A stretch of 64,000 nt of DNA from Octopus vulgaris (lineage: Eukaryota): assembly GCA_951406725.2 (NCBI GenBank), contig OX597817.1:88536001-88600000 (forward strand), read 5' to 3'. Positions within the stretch are counted from its first letter, which is position 1. Every line of letters begins with the position of its first letter. Both the position numbers and the translations under genes were made by a program. Of the stretch, positions 50,503 through 62,699 are shown piece by piece. Under the pieces are notes generated by a model. That model did no database searches. It was not told the DNA's origin and worked only from the letters and a program-made list of their open reading frames with translations.

Positions 50503-51575
50503 TGTGGTGTTAGTGGTGGTATGGGCTGTGATGAGCTATGTGGTGTTGGTGGAGGGGATTGCAGATGAAGTAGACAGAAATGAAGACTTCAGGGGCCTGT
50601 GGGACAGCCATGTGTGGGCAGGAAGCACGTGTGGTCAGTTCGAGCAGAAATGGCAGCAGGGCAGCATATCGGCTAAGTGGAAATGGGGTGGTGGAAAGGC
50701 ATCATTGTACCATCAAGACCATGGCAGAGAGGGGCCACATTTCACCAATCGAGGCCGTATTTTGGTACAATATGTCGCCCAGGTCAGGACAGGCTGAGGT
50801 GTTGGTGCCACACAGGGCAATATTCAGGTATGAGTGGAGGCATCTGTGTACTGCATCAATGCAACCCGGGGCAGAAGAAGAGCATGCCTTTGTGCAGGTC
50901 AGGGAAGAAGTTTGGGTAAAACCCCCAAACGCACAATGGGGAGAGGGAAGAATAACCTCCATCAATTTGAAGAACAACGTCTCTGTTGATGGTATGCCAT
51001 GCCACATTTTTGATGTACGGAAGATTGTCCATGCTTCAGAGGATGGAACCAGCAGCAGTGGGCAAGAAGATGAAGACAGCAACAGTAGGCAAGAATTTGA
51101 AGACAGCATCAGTAGACAAGATGATGAAACCAGCAGCAGTATGCCAGGAACTCAGGCCAGTCCCAGGGTCGCACGGCAATCACAGAGGGAGTGGAACCCT
51201 CCTCCCTGGTTGGCTGATTATGAAACCAGTTAAGGTGTGAGTTCAGGAGCGAGGAGTGAGTGGGAAAGCTAGTTGAATGATCTGTAGATCAGGATGGGCG
51301 TGTGGTGTTATGGGCTGTGATGAGCTATGTGGTTTTGGTGGAGGTGATTGTAGATGAGGTAGATGGAAGTGAAGACTGCAGGGGCTTGTGGGACAGCCAT
51401 GGGGCATGCGTTGGCAGGAAGCACATGTAGTCAGTTCAAGCAGAAATGGCAGCAGGCAAGGATGTGTTTATTTCTTGACAGTGATTGCTCATCCTGCCTA
51501 GGTCAACAGGTAAGGTCTTTGTATTTCTTTCTCCTGTTTGCTTTTTCTATTGTCCTTTTCCTCCATCACACTACA
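50503..51575 (+). mobile_element. Heavily deleted Ty3/gypsy LTR element (partial 5' LTR, integrase C-terminus, 3' LTR) inside a SINE
   Basis: TG...CA ends (tgtggtgt/acactaca); 5-bp TSD ggttc at 50498-50502 and 51576-51580; LTR repeat ~50510-50660 vs ~51301-51457; integrase AAYRLSGNGVVERHH.TIK. Confidence 0.9.
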
Positions 51576-51956
51576 GGTTCAAATTCAGCTGAGCTTGACT
51601 TCATCTTTCATCTCTTTAGGATTGATAAAATAAGTACCAATCGAGCATTGGGGTTGATGTAATTGATTGTCCCCTCCTGCCATAATTTCAGGCCTTGTCT
51701 GATAATAGAAAAACCTGTTAGTTTATATGTTGTTTAGTGTGTTACATCATTTTTTTAGTTTTTCTTAAACAGAAATTCTACTCACAAATAGATATAAATT
51801 AGTGGTTTACTTGTATTTTCTTGATTGACTGGCTAAAGAAAATGTTGTTTATACTTGGAATCTAAATGCTTTATAAATTTTGAAGTAAAACATTGATTTT
51901 GAATCAATTGTAATGAATATTCATACATTATTTTTTCCTTATTTGCAAATTTTTAG

Positions 51957-52060
51957 TGGCAAAAGTTTTGATTACGAGTGGATTTCATTTGAAAACAGTG
52001 GCCTCTTCCTCAATTATACAATGATAAATAAAACGACAGATACGATAGTATTGAAACAAG
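51957..52060 (+). CDS. CFAP54: CFAP54 exon, 104 nt, phase 2-1 (FGKSFDYEWISFENSGLFLNYTMINKTTDTIVLKQ)
   Basis: aatttttag| acceptor, AAG|gtacat donor; the only open frame is the one the preceding exon requires. Confidence 0.8.
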
Positions 52061-53273
52061 GTACATCTTTATTATTCAAGCTAAGATAATGTATTTTAAT
52101 TTCAACTAGATAAATTTTGTTTTGATCACTTTCATTATTCTATGCTAATATATTCCTGTATGTTTACTAAGCTATTTGATCTCTAATACTTTAGCAAGTC
52201 ATGATAATTCTGCATTTTGCAGGAGAGTTGCAAATAGAAAAAAGCATGCATAGAGTTGCCTCCCATATTTGCTGAGGTGAAGCTAATGTTCATTGTCAAA
52301 TAGTTTGGGTTTTTTTCTCTTTAACTGCATATGTAATCATAATTTGGCATTTTTAATGTTTAAAGCTCATACTTTCTGACATTTTCTTTTATTCTCTTAC
52401 TGGTTTCAGCCACTCAAAACTTTTGTTGCTTTCTCATTTTAAATATTTATTAAAGTATGGTACCTATTGCATCAATTTCTAATCCACCAAATGGCTATGT
52501 TGTATTTTATGTGTGAAAAGAAACAACTTGAGACACCATTTTACATTGCAATAGAAAAACAGACATACTCACACCAATGTGATGGTGTGGTTAAGAAGCA
52601 TAGTTCCCAAGACCACAAATTTTTTGCCACATGAATTCATATAAAGAATCTTGCAAACCAGACACAAAAATAAAGTCTTATATTTATATTTTCCTAAATA
52701 GAAGAAAAACCTCACTCCACAAAGTACTCATCAGCTCATTCCAAACCTCATATTGAAATAAATCCTGAAAGCACTTATGAATGCTTAGGTAAAATGTTCA
52801 TTCTCTTCAGAACAGCACTTGTGAGTATTATTCCATACTTTTTACTTCTACATTTGTGTTCAATCTGCACGAAATAACAGCCAAATATCTTTCAAATACT
52901 ATTCTTTTTTTTAAAAAAAAAGGGTTGTGTGGGGGAAAGGACATATCAAATAATTTTATCTGGGATACCCATAAGAAAAGATGGAATGGCTATGATTGGA
53001 ATGCCTTTGATCTGTAATAATTCAGATAAATTTATTATCATTGTTTCAACATTCACTTTTCCAGGCACACATGGGTCAGCTGGAGATTTGTTGACATGAC
53101 TTTCATACAGCTGGGTGCCCTTCCTGTGGTCAGCCTTCACTTGTTTCCATGTATAGTACTATTTTCCCATACCCAGACATGTTTTTGTGGAAGATTAGGA
53201 ATAAAATGCACTGCTTGCATGATGATGACATTCATTTACAGTCATCACGCAATGTCAAGGCAAAGAGACAGTG

Positions 53274-53316
<43 letters not shown>

Positions 53317-53868
53317 GACACACACACACACACAGACACACACACACACACACACACACAAGCATGCATGCATACACACATATGCACAACAAGTTTCTGT
53401 TGATGAAATCCACTTACAAGGTTTTGGTTTGCCCAAGGCTATGATAGAAGACACTTGCCCAAGGTGCCATGCAGTAGAATTGATCCCAGAACTAAGTGGC
53501 TGCGAAGCATATGTCTTACTACTCAGCCACATTGAAGCATAATGTTTTATTCTTTTATTCTTTTACTTGTTTCAGTCTTTTGACTGCAGCCATGCTGGAG
53601 CACTGCCTTAAAGGGTTTTAGTTGAAAATATTGACCCCCAGGACTTATTCTCTGTAAGCCTAGTACTTATTCTATTGGTCTCTTAGCTGAACCGCTAAGT
53701 CATGGGGACATAAACACACCAGTATCAGTTGTCAAGTGATGGTGGCAGGAAAAACACAAACACAAAGACACACCCATAAATATATACATACATACATATA
53801 TATATATATATACACACACACATATATAGAGACGATGATATACGTACATATATCATCGTCATATATCA

Positions 53869-53968
53869 NNNNNNNNNNNNNNNNNNNNNNNNNNNNNNNN
53901 NNNNNNNNNNNNNNNNNNNNNNNNNNNNNNNNNNNNNNNNNNNNNNNNNNNNNNNNNNNNNNNNNNNN
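53869..53968. other. Assembly gap (100 N)
   Basis: Run of exactly 100 N, a typical placeholder for a gap of unknown size. Confidence 1.
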
Positions 53969-54059
53969 GTATGAATAAACGTAGTAACAACGAATGGAAA
54001 TATTAAGATAAATTTGTATATATATATACATATATAACAAGCATCCACTTCAAACGCAA

Positions 54060-55790
54060 CCTGCTACAAGTTTCCTCATTGACCACAAGGTAAGGGATTG
54101 GGGAACCCTGTCAAAGGCTTGTTCTAAGTCAATAAAAACTAAGTATAGGGGTTTATCTTTGGCTAGGTATTTCTCCTGCAGTTGCCGTACCAGGAATATA
54201 GCATCAGTAGTGCTTCTACCTAGTTATTACTATCTAAAGCATCACCTTTCCCCTTGTAGCAGTTGACTATGGTGCTGCTATGCCAGTCATTGGGTATGAC
54301 TCCATCATGAACTACCTGGTTTACAATACGGGTGACTAGGCCATAGCCCACACCACCATATGTTTTAAGCATCTCAGAAGTGATTCCTGATGGGCTTGGG
54401 GCTTTTCCTGGCTTCATAACCTTAATTGCTTTATCTACCCAATTTCTGTCTGTTCGAATAGCTGGTCCTTCTACTGGGTCAACATTTGGCAGGCTCTCCT
54501 CCTCCCATTCATTCTCCACATTCAGCAGTCTTTCATAATGGCTTCTCCAAGCCTCTTTCTTTTCAGAATCATTAAAAGCAAGTGCACTTTCATCCATGTG
54601 GACACATTTCTCTCCTGTGACATCACAATTTTCTCTCACACACTGTCTTGCAATCAGAAATACTTTAGTTCTTTGGTCCTCATGTCACTGGACATTGACA
54701 AACTTCTTCTTTTCTGCTTCACCCTTGGCTATGTATACCTGTCGCCCAGCCTCCCTTCTGGCTATCTGGTACAATTCCCTGCTACCCCTACCCTTCCAGC
54801 CTTTCCAGGCCTGTTTCTTTGCTTTAATGGCTTTGTCTACCATATTATTCCACCACGTCACTTTAGGTCTGGAAGGGACTTTGTACCATCCACAGATTTG
54901 GTCTGTGGTACTCAGTAAACTGTCCCATAGGAATTTCCAGCTACCTTCTATGTCCGAGTTCTGTAGCTCCTCCTCCTTCTCATCAAATTTCTTGATGAGG
55001 ATATCCCTAAATCTCTGATCATGTGAAGGGTTCTTTAGCTTCCAAATTCTTCTTTTCTGGATTGGTCTGCTTCTTGGCATCCTTCTGGCCTCGAGTCTAG
55101 AATCACTAATGACTTGGTGGGTACATTCTTCACCTGGGAGGGTCTTTGTATTTAAGAGCAGCCCTGTGTCCCACAGTCTGGTGATGATGAAATCAATCAC
55201 CTGATTAATAGGTTACCAGGTTGCTGTCTGTCTTCCTGAAGTTAGTGTTGGAGATTAAAAGGTTGCATGCATCACAGAACTCCAGTAGCTTAGTTCCCTC
55301 ATCATTTCAGGAACCAATATTATGGCCCCCATGCATACCAGTGATATACCAGATTGCCACCCAACATGCCCATTAAAATCTCCAGCCGCAATAATGAGGT
55401 CACTGCCACTCATCTTTGAGGTAACCTGTAGAAGGGTATCATAAAAGTGGTCCTTCTGATCATTTGGTAGGCCCACTTGTAGGGCATAGGCAGAGATAAT
55501 TGTAGCTGTGCTGTTCTGCAGGACTAGCCTAAGCTTAAGCACTTTATCACATACCTTGACAACCTCTATGACCTTATCCACCCATTTCTCTGCAAGGACT
55601 ATGTCTACATCCTCTACTCCATCCATGTTTCCTTGCCAGAAGATTTTATATCTATATGCTTTGCCTGTGAGGATCCTAGCTGAAGCTCCTCTCCATCTTA
55701 CCTTTTGTATGCAGCATACAATGACACATCTCCTTTCAAACATCTCTACAATCTCACTAGACCTACCTTTCAGTACCAACTCTGAAAACT
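54060..55790 (-). mobile_element. RTE-clade LINE, 5' half (APE endonuclease to start of RT)
   Basis: CCIQKVRWRG, AAGDFNGHVG, MIDFII, KVTWWN, GKAPSPSGI, KAFDRVP. Confidence 0.92.
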
Positions 55791-56333
55791 GGGAAATGAA
55801 TCTGGGGTGAGGCTTGGGGAGGAGAGATGTTATTCAGCGCCTGAAAAGAAGAGGGTGGATGTCGTGTTTGTATTTTAGGCATGATTCACCTGTTCTCACA
55901 TCCGACCTGACATCATACAAACATTCAAGCGTGTTCAGATTGTTGCCCCTACTGGAGGTAGGAGTAGGTGTTAGAGGCATTGTAAGTATAAGTATTATGG
56001 TCATCGTAAAAATGTAAATTTAAGCGATGTTGCAAATATGGATATTCCAATGTTAGATTAAGTAGGGAGTCAGCTAAACTGGTTGAGTTTTTCCAGGGAG
56101 AGGGGATTGTAGGTATGATGGAGGGTACCACCGGTGGTGGGGGGATGTTTCAGACAGAGAAAGAGAGGAAACAAGCTCAACCATACACACAAGCACGCAT
56201 GCATGCACACACACACACACTCACACACACACAGAGGAACAAACACACATGTACAGCCCATTAGCTTTCTCCTTCACTTGATATGTCCATGAAAAATTAT
56301 CAGGTAGTTGTTGGCATATTTCTAGATGGAACG

Positions 56334-56650
56334 AAATGAAACATAGCTGGTTAAGTGGGTGGGCAGCTAACCTAGTTGCATTTGTCCCAGGAGAGAGAGA
56401 GAAAGTGCAGGTAATATAGAGAACAGCACTAGTGGGGAGGATTGAGAAGAGATATCTGGTAATGGTGGTGACAAATTTCTAGACAGAACAAAACAAAATG
56501 AAAGATAGCTGGTTAAGTAGGTGAGCGGCTGAGCTAGTTGCATTTGTCCCAGGAGAGAGAGAGAAAGAAAGAAAGAGTTCAGGTAATGCATAGAGAACAG
56601 CCCAGTGAGGAGGAAGGGTTGGGAGAAAAGAGATCAGGTAATGGTGGTGG
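56334..56650. repeat. Two diverged tandem copies of a ~163-bp unit
   Basis: aaatgaaa(c/g)atagctggttaagt..ctagttgcatttgtcccaggagagagagagaaag..ggtaatggtggtg occurs at ~56334 and ~56497. Confidence 0.85.
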
Positions 56651-57180
56651 GAGGAGAGAGAGATATATCCGGTGTAGATGGTGGGAAGATAGAGATAGAG
56701 ATATCCGGTATTGGTGGTGGGGGCGGGAAAGGGCAGGCACACTATGAACAAGCAAAGTTTAATTTGGAGAGATGGTATGAGGAACGAAAATAATAGTAAT
56801 AATAATAATAATATACATTCAGAGTGTTCATGGTGGATGAGAACTGAGATCACAGAAATGAGAAATTAAACCAAAGAAACAAGAAATTTTAAACAAACCA
56901 AGAAATGAGTAATTATCTTCGTGAAATTACATGAGAGATGAAGAAGTTATATATTGAGGGGTCAGCTTAAATGGTTAGCTTCTGAAAAACTAGCTGTTAG
57001 TAGCTAATACATTTAAAGTGTTAATGGCGAATGAATGTATGAAAGATCGAAAAAACGAGAAAATCTTAACTTAGCATCATTTTGCGACTGGGCAAGAATA
57101 TGTAGGAGGTGTGTGTAAACAGAACCAGATGAATGGAATGGAATGGAAGGGAGCACATGGGAGAAAAATTTTTAAATATA

Positions 57181-58672
57181 TATATGTAAATATAATATGT
57201 GACAATTATTCGGTAGCCATAAAATTCTGAGTTTTGGATGTCGAGGCGGAAACCCACGCCGCCACATCTTCAGTTATCTGGCTATTGAAAAAATGCTATG
57301 AAAATGACCGTTAAACAAAGGGAAATTACTGTGTGATTGACCATTATTAAGAAAAAAGAGCTTTTAGAATGACTGCTAAGTAAGGAGAGGGAGTAAAGGT
57401 AAGGGAGTAAAAATGTTCATAGCAATCACGTAAGCGCGTATGTCCATACCTACACATGCGCACCCACACACCCACTTACATGCGCCTATAAGTATTTACT
57501 CATCCACCCTCACTTGAAACACACACATGCTCACCCACGCATTCGCCAAAAAATATATGCATACCTGCATACACGCTTGCACACACACAGCACACAAAAA
57601 AGGTTCATGCACACGTCTATATATGCACATACTCACATGCACGCCCACACACACGTCTATATACACACAAACCCACACACATCCACACGTGCGCACAAAA
57701 GATTCCATATACATGTCTATATACACACAGGGAAAATGTGGGGTGGAAGGTAGAATACAGAAAAATATGTGTAAAAAATATATGAGCAATAAACCTATAA
57801 AACAATATCTCTATAAATATGTAAAAAATATATATATGAAAAATATATAAATATATATATCAAAAATATATAAGAAATATAAGTAAAAAGTATAGAGAGA
57901 TAAAAAGCTTGTACGTGGACACAATATAGAAAGCAAGTCCTATCTGTAATCTCGGTAGGAACAAAATCATAACAAATATTTAGCTACATATGGACATGAT
58001 CCAAAATGTTCAGTTCTTGAATTCAGACATGTGGCGGGGTCTAAGCTGCTTTTCCAGATGAGCCATCATGTGTGCGTATATAGATGTGTGTGGGTATGCA
58101 TGTATATAGACGTGTGTGTGTGTATGCATACGAGCATGTGCGTATATAGACGTGTTTTACTCTTATTGCTTATTTTTTTATACTCCTTTACACATTTTTC
58201 TGTATTTTGCCTTTAGCTCTGTTTTTCTTGTGCATGTGTGCATGTAGACGTGTGCATGAACATTTTTTGTGCATATGTGTGTGTGTGTGTGAGCAGGTAT
58301 ACGGGTATGTATATATTTTTTGGCGAATGTGTGGGTGAGTATGTGTGTGTTTCAAGTGAGGGTGAATGGGTATATACTTATAGGCGCATGTACGTGGGTG
58401 TGCGGGCGTGCATGTGTAGGTATGGACATGCATGCTTACATGATTGCTAGGAAGATTTTTACTCCCTTACTTAGTGGTCATTCTAATAGCTCTTTTTTCT
58501 TAATAATGGTCAATCACACAGTAATTTCCCTTTGTTTAATGGTCATTTTCATAGCGATTTTTCAATGGCTAGATAACTGAAAAGATGGTAGTGTGGGTTT
58601 CCACCCCGACATCTGAAACTCGGAGTTTTATCATGGCTACCGAATAATTGTCACATACTATATTTACAGATA
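57181..58672. repeat. Long imperfect inverted repeat (arms ~57181-57700 and ~58068-58672)
   Basis: For example tgtgacaattattcggtagccat vs atggctaccgaataattgtcaca, and ttaaacaaagggaaattactgtgtgattgaccattattaagaaaaaagagc vs its complement at ~58490-58540. Confidence 0.92.
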
Positions 58673-58906
58673 AATTCCTCTATTTACATAATATCGAGGT
58701 CTCTTTCATTCTTTTGTTGTCTTACCATTTCTATCTATTTATCTATCTATCTATATCTATATATATATATATATATATATAGGGAGAATTCACAAAAAAG
58801 CAAAAGACGAAGGCAGGTGGTGTAGACAACATACAGATGTATTAGTATAACACTCAGGAAGTGAAAAAATATGTATAAATATATATGTGTGTGTGTGTGT
58901 GTATAA

Positions 58907-58964
<58 letters not shown>

Positions 58965-59036
58965 CACTGAATAGCACTGGCTCAATTTTTAAAATTATAA
59001 TTAACAATATAACACTATACTTTTTGAACATTTCAG

Positions 59037-59279
59037 ATTTTGTCACACCGTGGAGAACTGTGGTCAAGTTTCCAAAATATGAACAAATTATTGTGGGATA
59101 TTATCCAAGCAATGAAATTACGGCTTGTAAGAATTCATCTGGAACCTACACCTAATAGTATCTTTATTACTTTGGAATGCTATCAAACCTTGATTTATCC
59201 AGTATTGGCAACAGCAGCTGATTTATTATTGGATATGTTAAAGAGATTTAAGAAAACCACTGAAGAATCTAGCTCAGCA
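59037..59279 (+). CDS. CFAP54: CFAP54 exon, 243 nt, phase 0-0 (ILSHRGELWSSFQN...AADLLLDMLKRFKKTTEESSSA)
   Basis: catttcag| acceptor, GCA|gtaatt donor; corresponds to ORF-track 59040..59321 and to the CFAP54 LxHRG..W..QN..LW motif. Confidence 0.85.
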
Positions 59280-59427
59280 GTAATTTTCTTTCATTTATTT
59301 TTAAAACTGATTATTATATAGTATATATAATATTATTATATTGTATATAGTAGTCAATTATTGAACTTCTAATTTGTGTTACTTCCTCAAAAATAAAAAT
59401 ACATTATAATTTTCTTTTCTCTGAATA

Positions 59428-60730
59428 CAGGGTGTGGTGAATAAATTGTTGTTTAAATTACGCAAAAATGAAAATAACACTGACATCTCATTTTAACAGA
59501 CGTATTTACTAAAATTGCATTAAAATATCTTGAAATACTAAAGAATAAATTTATTCAATAAAATTGCCATTGGCTTCAACCACGGCCTCCAGACAACTTC
59601 AGAATCTCCTGCAACTCTTCTAGAAGGTCTCCTTGTTTAAGTTGGTGAATGCTGCCATAATCCTTGCTTTCAGTTCATCTTTGGTGTCACAAGGAGTTTT
59701 GTCAGTCTCTCACTCAACTGCACCCCACACATAATAACCAAGGAAGTTGCAGTCTGGGGAGTTATGTGGCTGGGATGTTAAGAGTGATGTGAACACAGAA
59801 ATTGTGTGACAGCCATGACTGGGTTGTCCTGCTTGTGTGGCATGGTGCAGAGTCTTGTTACTAGATATAGGGTCTTCCAGCAGCTACCCTCTTGACCCAG
59901 GGCAGCACTACTTCCTCCAGGCACTTAATGTAGGCTTCTGTGTTGAGTCTGAGGCCGTGTGGGAAGATGAATGGAGATATAATGTTGCCATTACTAGTGA
60001 TCCCTCTAGACACCATAATGTTGACTGGATGGTTGATTTTTTTATCACTCTCAGTACATGTTTTGGGGACATGGTAAACCAATGGTAGTTCTGTGTGCTC
60101 ACCATCTGATCTTGGCAGAAATTTTTCTTGTCTGAGAAAAACCAAAGCATGTTTGATTGGAGGGGATGCTTGAGTTTGTTCAAAAGCTTTGTAGCATGGT
60201 CTTTCATCTTGTCCTTGATAGCTTGGGATAAAAATTGGCCCTTTCTCAACTTGTATAAGGAATACTGAATGGCTTCATGCAATACCTGCCTGATAAGAAA
60301 CTCAGACACTCTTATGTCCTTGACAATCAACCTAATTGACTTGAAGGGATCATTGTCAATCATAGCCTAGATCTCACCAACAAATTCAGGAGTTCTTTCC
60401 TTATCAGAACGATAAGAGGGAATTTTTTAAGCTGCTGTACCTTCATAATTACCATTTGACTCATTCAACTGTTTCCGAATCTTCTGCACTGTCCTCAGAT
60501 TGACACCCAAACACTCTGAAATGTTTGTGTTGGAGCTTCTGGCATGAATGCCAAGCAGTACAGCGTGTTTCCAAATTTTTGGCAGAGTGAATTGCGTCAA
60601 GGTGCTGTTTTTCTCACAGATGGTGCCCAACCGACTCTACTATACTCTATAATCAACAAATCAAAAACAGACAATGTGCATGCACAAAATTAAAAATATA
60701 AAATGGCAACAATTTACCCATCACACCCAG
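59428..60730 (-). mobile_element. Full-length (~1.3 kb) degenerate Tc1/mariner-superfamily transposon, probably maT (DD37D)
   Basis: TIRs ta|cagggtgtggtgaataaattgtt / aacaatttacccatcacacccag|ta; WFFSDKKNF, QDSAPCHT and SPDCN..GYYVWG motifs. Confidence 0.88.
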
Positions 60731-61601
60731 TATAAGTGAAATGTAGATTGTAAGCTTGTGTATTTTAAGTATGACTGAATTGTGGAAAACAATTTAGATT
60801 CCTAAATGTTTCTTGATATTATGCTGACCAAATTGTTGATAGTATATTCTCTGAAAATGTGACTGGTTCAACCTAACTTCAGTGCATCTTCACACATTAA
60901 TTTATTTCTTTGTAAAGAGTAGCCATGTCATCTTCCAAAAGGTTAATGGCTCGTTCTTTTACTTGACTGTAAAATATATCACTGTTTTAAGTAATAAAGG
61001 CCTATATTAACCTCAATCAGAACTGCACATTATTTTCCATTTGAATAGTCTACGATACAACTTCCAATCTGCTAGATTGAGTCTTCTGCAGAACATCTTC
61101 AAATTCTTTATTTAAAAGAAGAAAATCAAAATGAAATCTGTTCTTGTGATATCTAAACATCATGAGTACATTTAGACTTGTCACTTAGGAAGATTTTAGC
61201 ATAAGTACCAATTCAAGTACCCAAAATACTTTTCTATTTTGTTCCTGTTTACTTCCATTCTTTTGTATATACATGTAACATACATTTTGTTTTCGGTCAA
61301 ATAAGGATATTATCTAAAAGTTCGGTTTCAGCAATCTGAAATTATGACATTCATAAATGTCATTTCTCAATCTCATTAAATTAGAGACTTTGTGGTTATT
61401 TAAGAAGTCATTTATAGACAAGGATGAACTGAAAGCTAACAAGAAATCTGGCTAGGAATAGATCTAGAATAAAGTGTCTTAATAGCAGATATGTAAAACA
61501 AAGCTTTAAAATGTAATTGTTTTAGTTTATATACTTCCAGCCAATTCTTTTGGAATAGCAAACTACATTTGTTTGATGATTCATTGAGAAATGGCTCTAT
61601 A

Positions 61602-61701
61602 TTTATTCAACTTTTACAAGGAAAATGTTGACAGTGATTGAAGTTTCAGCTTGCTCACTTTGAACTCACTGTCAGCCTATTCCTTGTAAAAGTTTAATAA
61701 A
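61602..61701. repeat. 100-nt hairpin (36-bp stem, 3 mismatches, 1 G-U)
   Basis: tttattcaacttttacaaggaaaatgttgacagtga pairs with tcactgtcagcctattccttgtaaaagtttaataaa. Confidence 0.85.
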
Positions 61702-61889
61702 CATGTACTCTTCTAAAAAATATTGAGTAATCCTTCAGTTTAATGCTAATTGTTTTTATATATAACTTTACATGAAAACAAAACATTAATATATATACAT
61801 ATATATTTATTCATCTAGTTACTGTTATCTGGCTTATACTGTGTCCCTTTCTGTTTGAAGCATTGATAGTTAATAATAGTATCAAACTT

Positions 61890-62070
61890 TAGCACAAGGC
61901 CTGTAATTTTGGGGAGGGTAAGTCGATGTCATCAACCCCAGTGTTCAACTGGTACTTATTTTATCAACCCTGAAAGGATGAAAGGTAAAGTTGACCTTGA
62001 TGGAATTTGAACTCAGAGCATAAGGATGAGTGAAATGCCACTAAGCATTTTGCCTGGTGTGCTAATAATA
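61890..62070 (-). mobile_element. SINE (same family as copies at ~34020-34240, 44410-44620, 50425 and 8205)
   Basis: Reverse complement of gagttcaaattc..tgactttgcctttcatcc..gataaaataagtaccagttgaacactgggg. Confidence 0.8.
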
Positions 62071-62699
62071 CTGCATTATTGATGGTTAATATTATCAGCA
62101 GTGCTATTTGGTTGTCCACAGTCAGGACTCCTCAATTTGCTGTCTCTTCTCAACTGAAAATTAATAGGTACCACAACAGAGCAATACTGTTATAAATGAC
62201 ACAAACTCTTAGTGTGGGAGTGATATGTCATCAGTTTGCAATATTTAGCTTAGTTGTTTTTAGAAATATAACTTGTAGAAGTTATCTCTCTCTCTCTCTC
62301 TCTAAATACACACACACACACACACATAAATGTATAAACATATATACACACAAACTACGTATACCTTACTTTTGATAATTAGTCAAAGTCAGTGTTCATT
62401 AAGTTTCAAATCACATTCTATTATTTACTAATACTAATTAATTGTCTTTATATCATTTGCTAATACCAATTAATTGGTTCATTTGTAAAAAGCATGTTTA
62501 TAGAATAAGAATTTCTGACTGACTAACAACTTCAAGATTTCTAGAGAAAACATTTAACCCCCCCCCTCCTCAAGATATTGTATTGTCTCAACTCGTCCCT
62601 TGGGCTATTGTAACTTCTATTACTACTATCATTATTATTGTTACTACAACGATACTCATCCACCGTTCTCATTACTACATTATTTTTTATCTTTTACAG

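Noticed and set aside
59037-59126. Alternative 90-nt phase 1-1 exon (DFVTPWRTVVKFPK...) that would fit the upstream phase
   Set aside because: It would be out of phase with exon 62700 and discards the frame with clear CFAP54 similarity.
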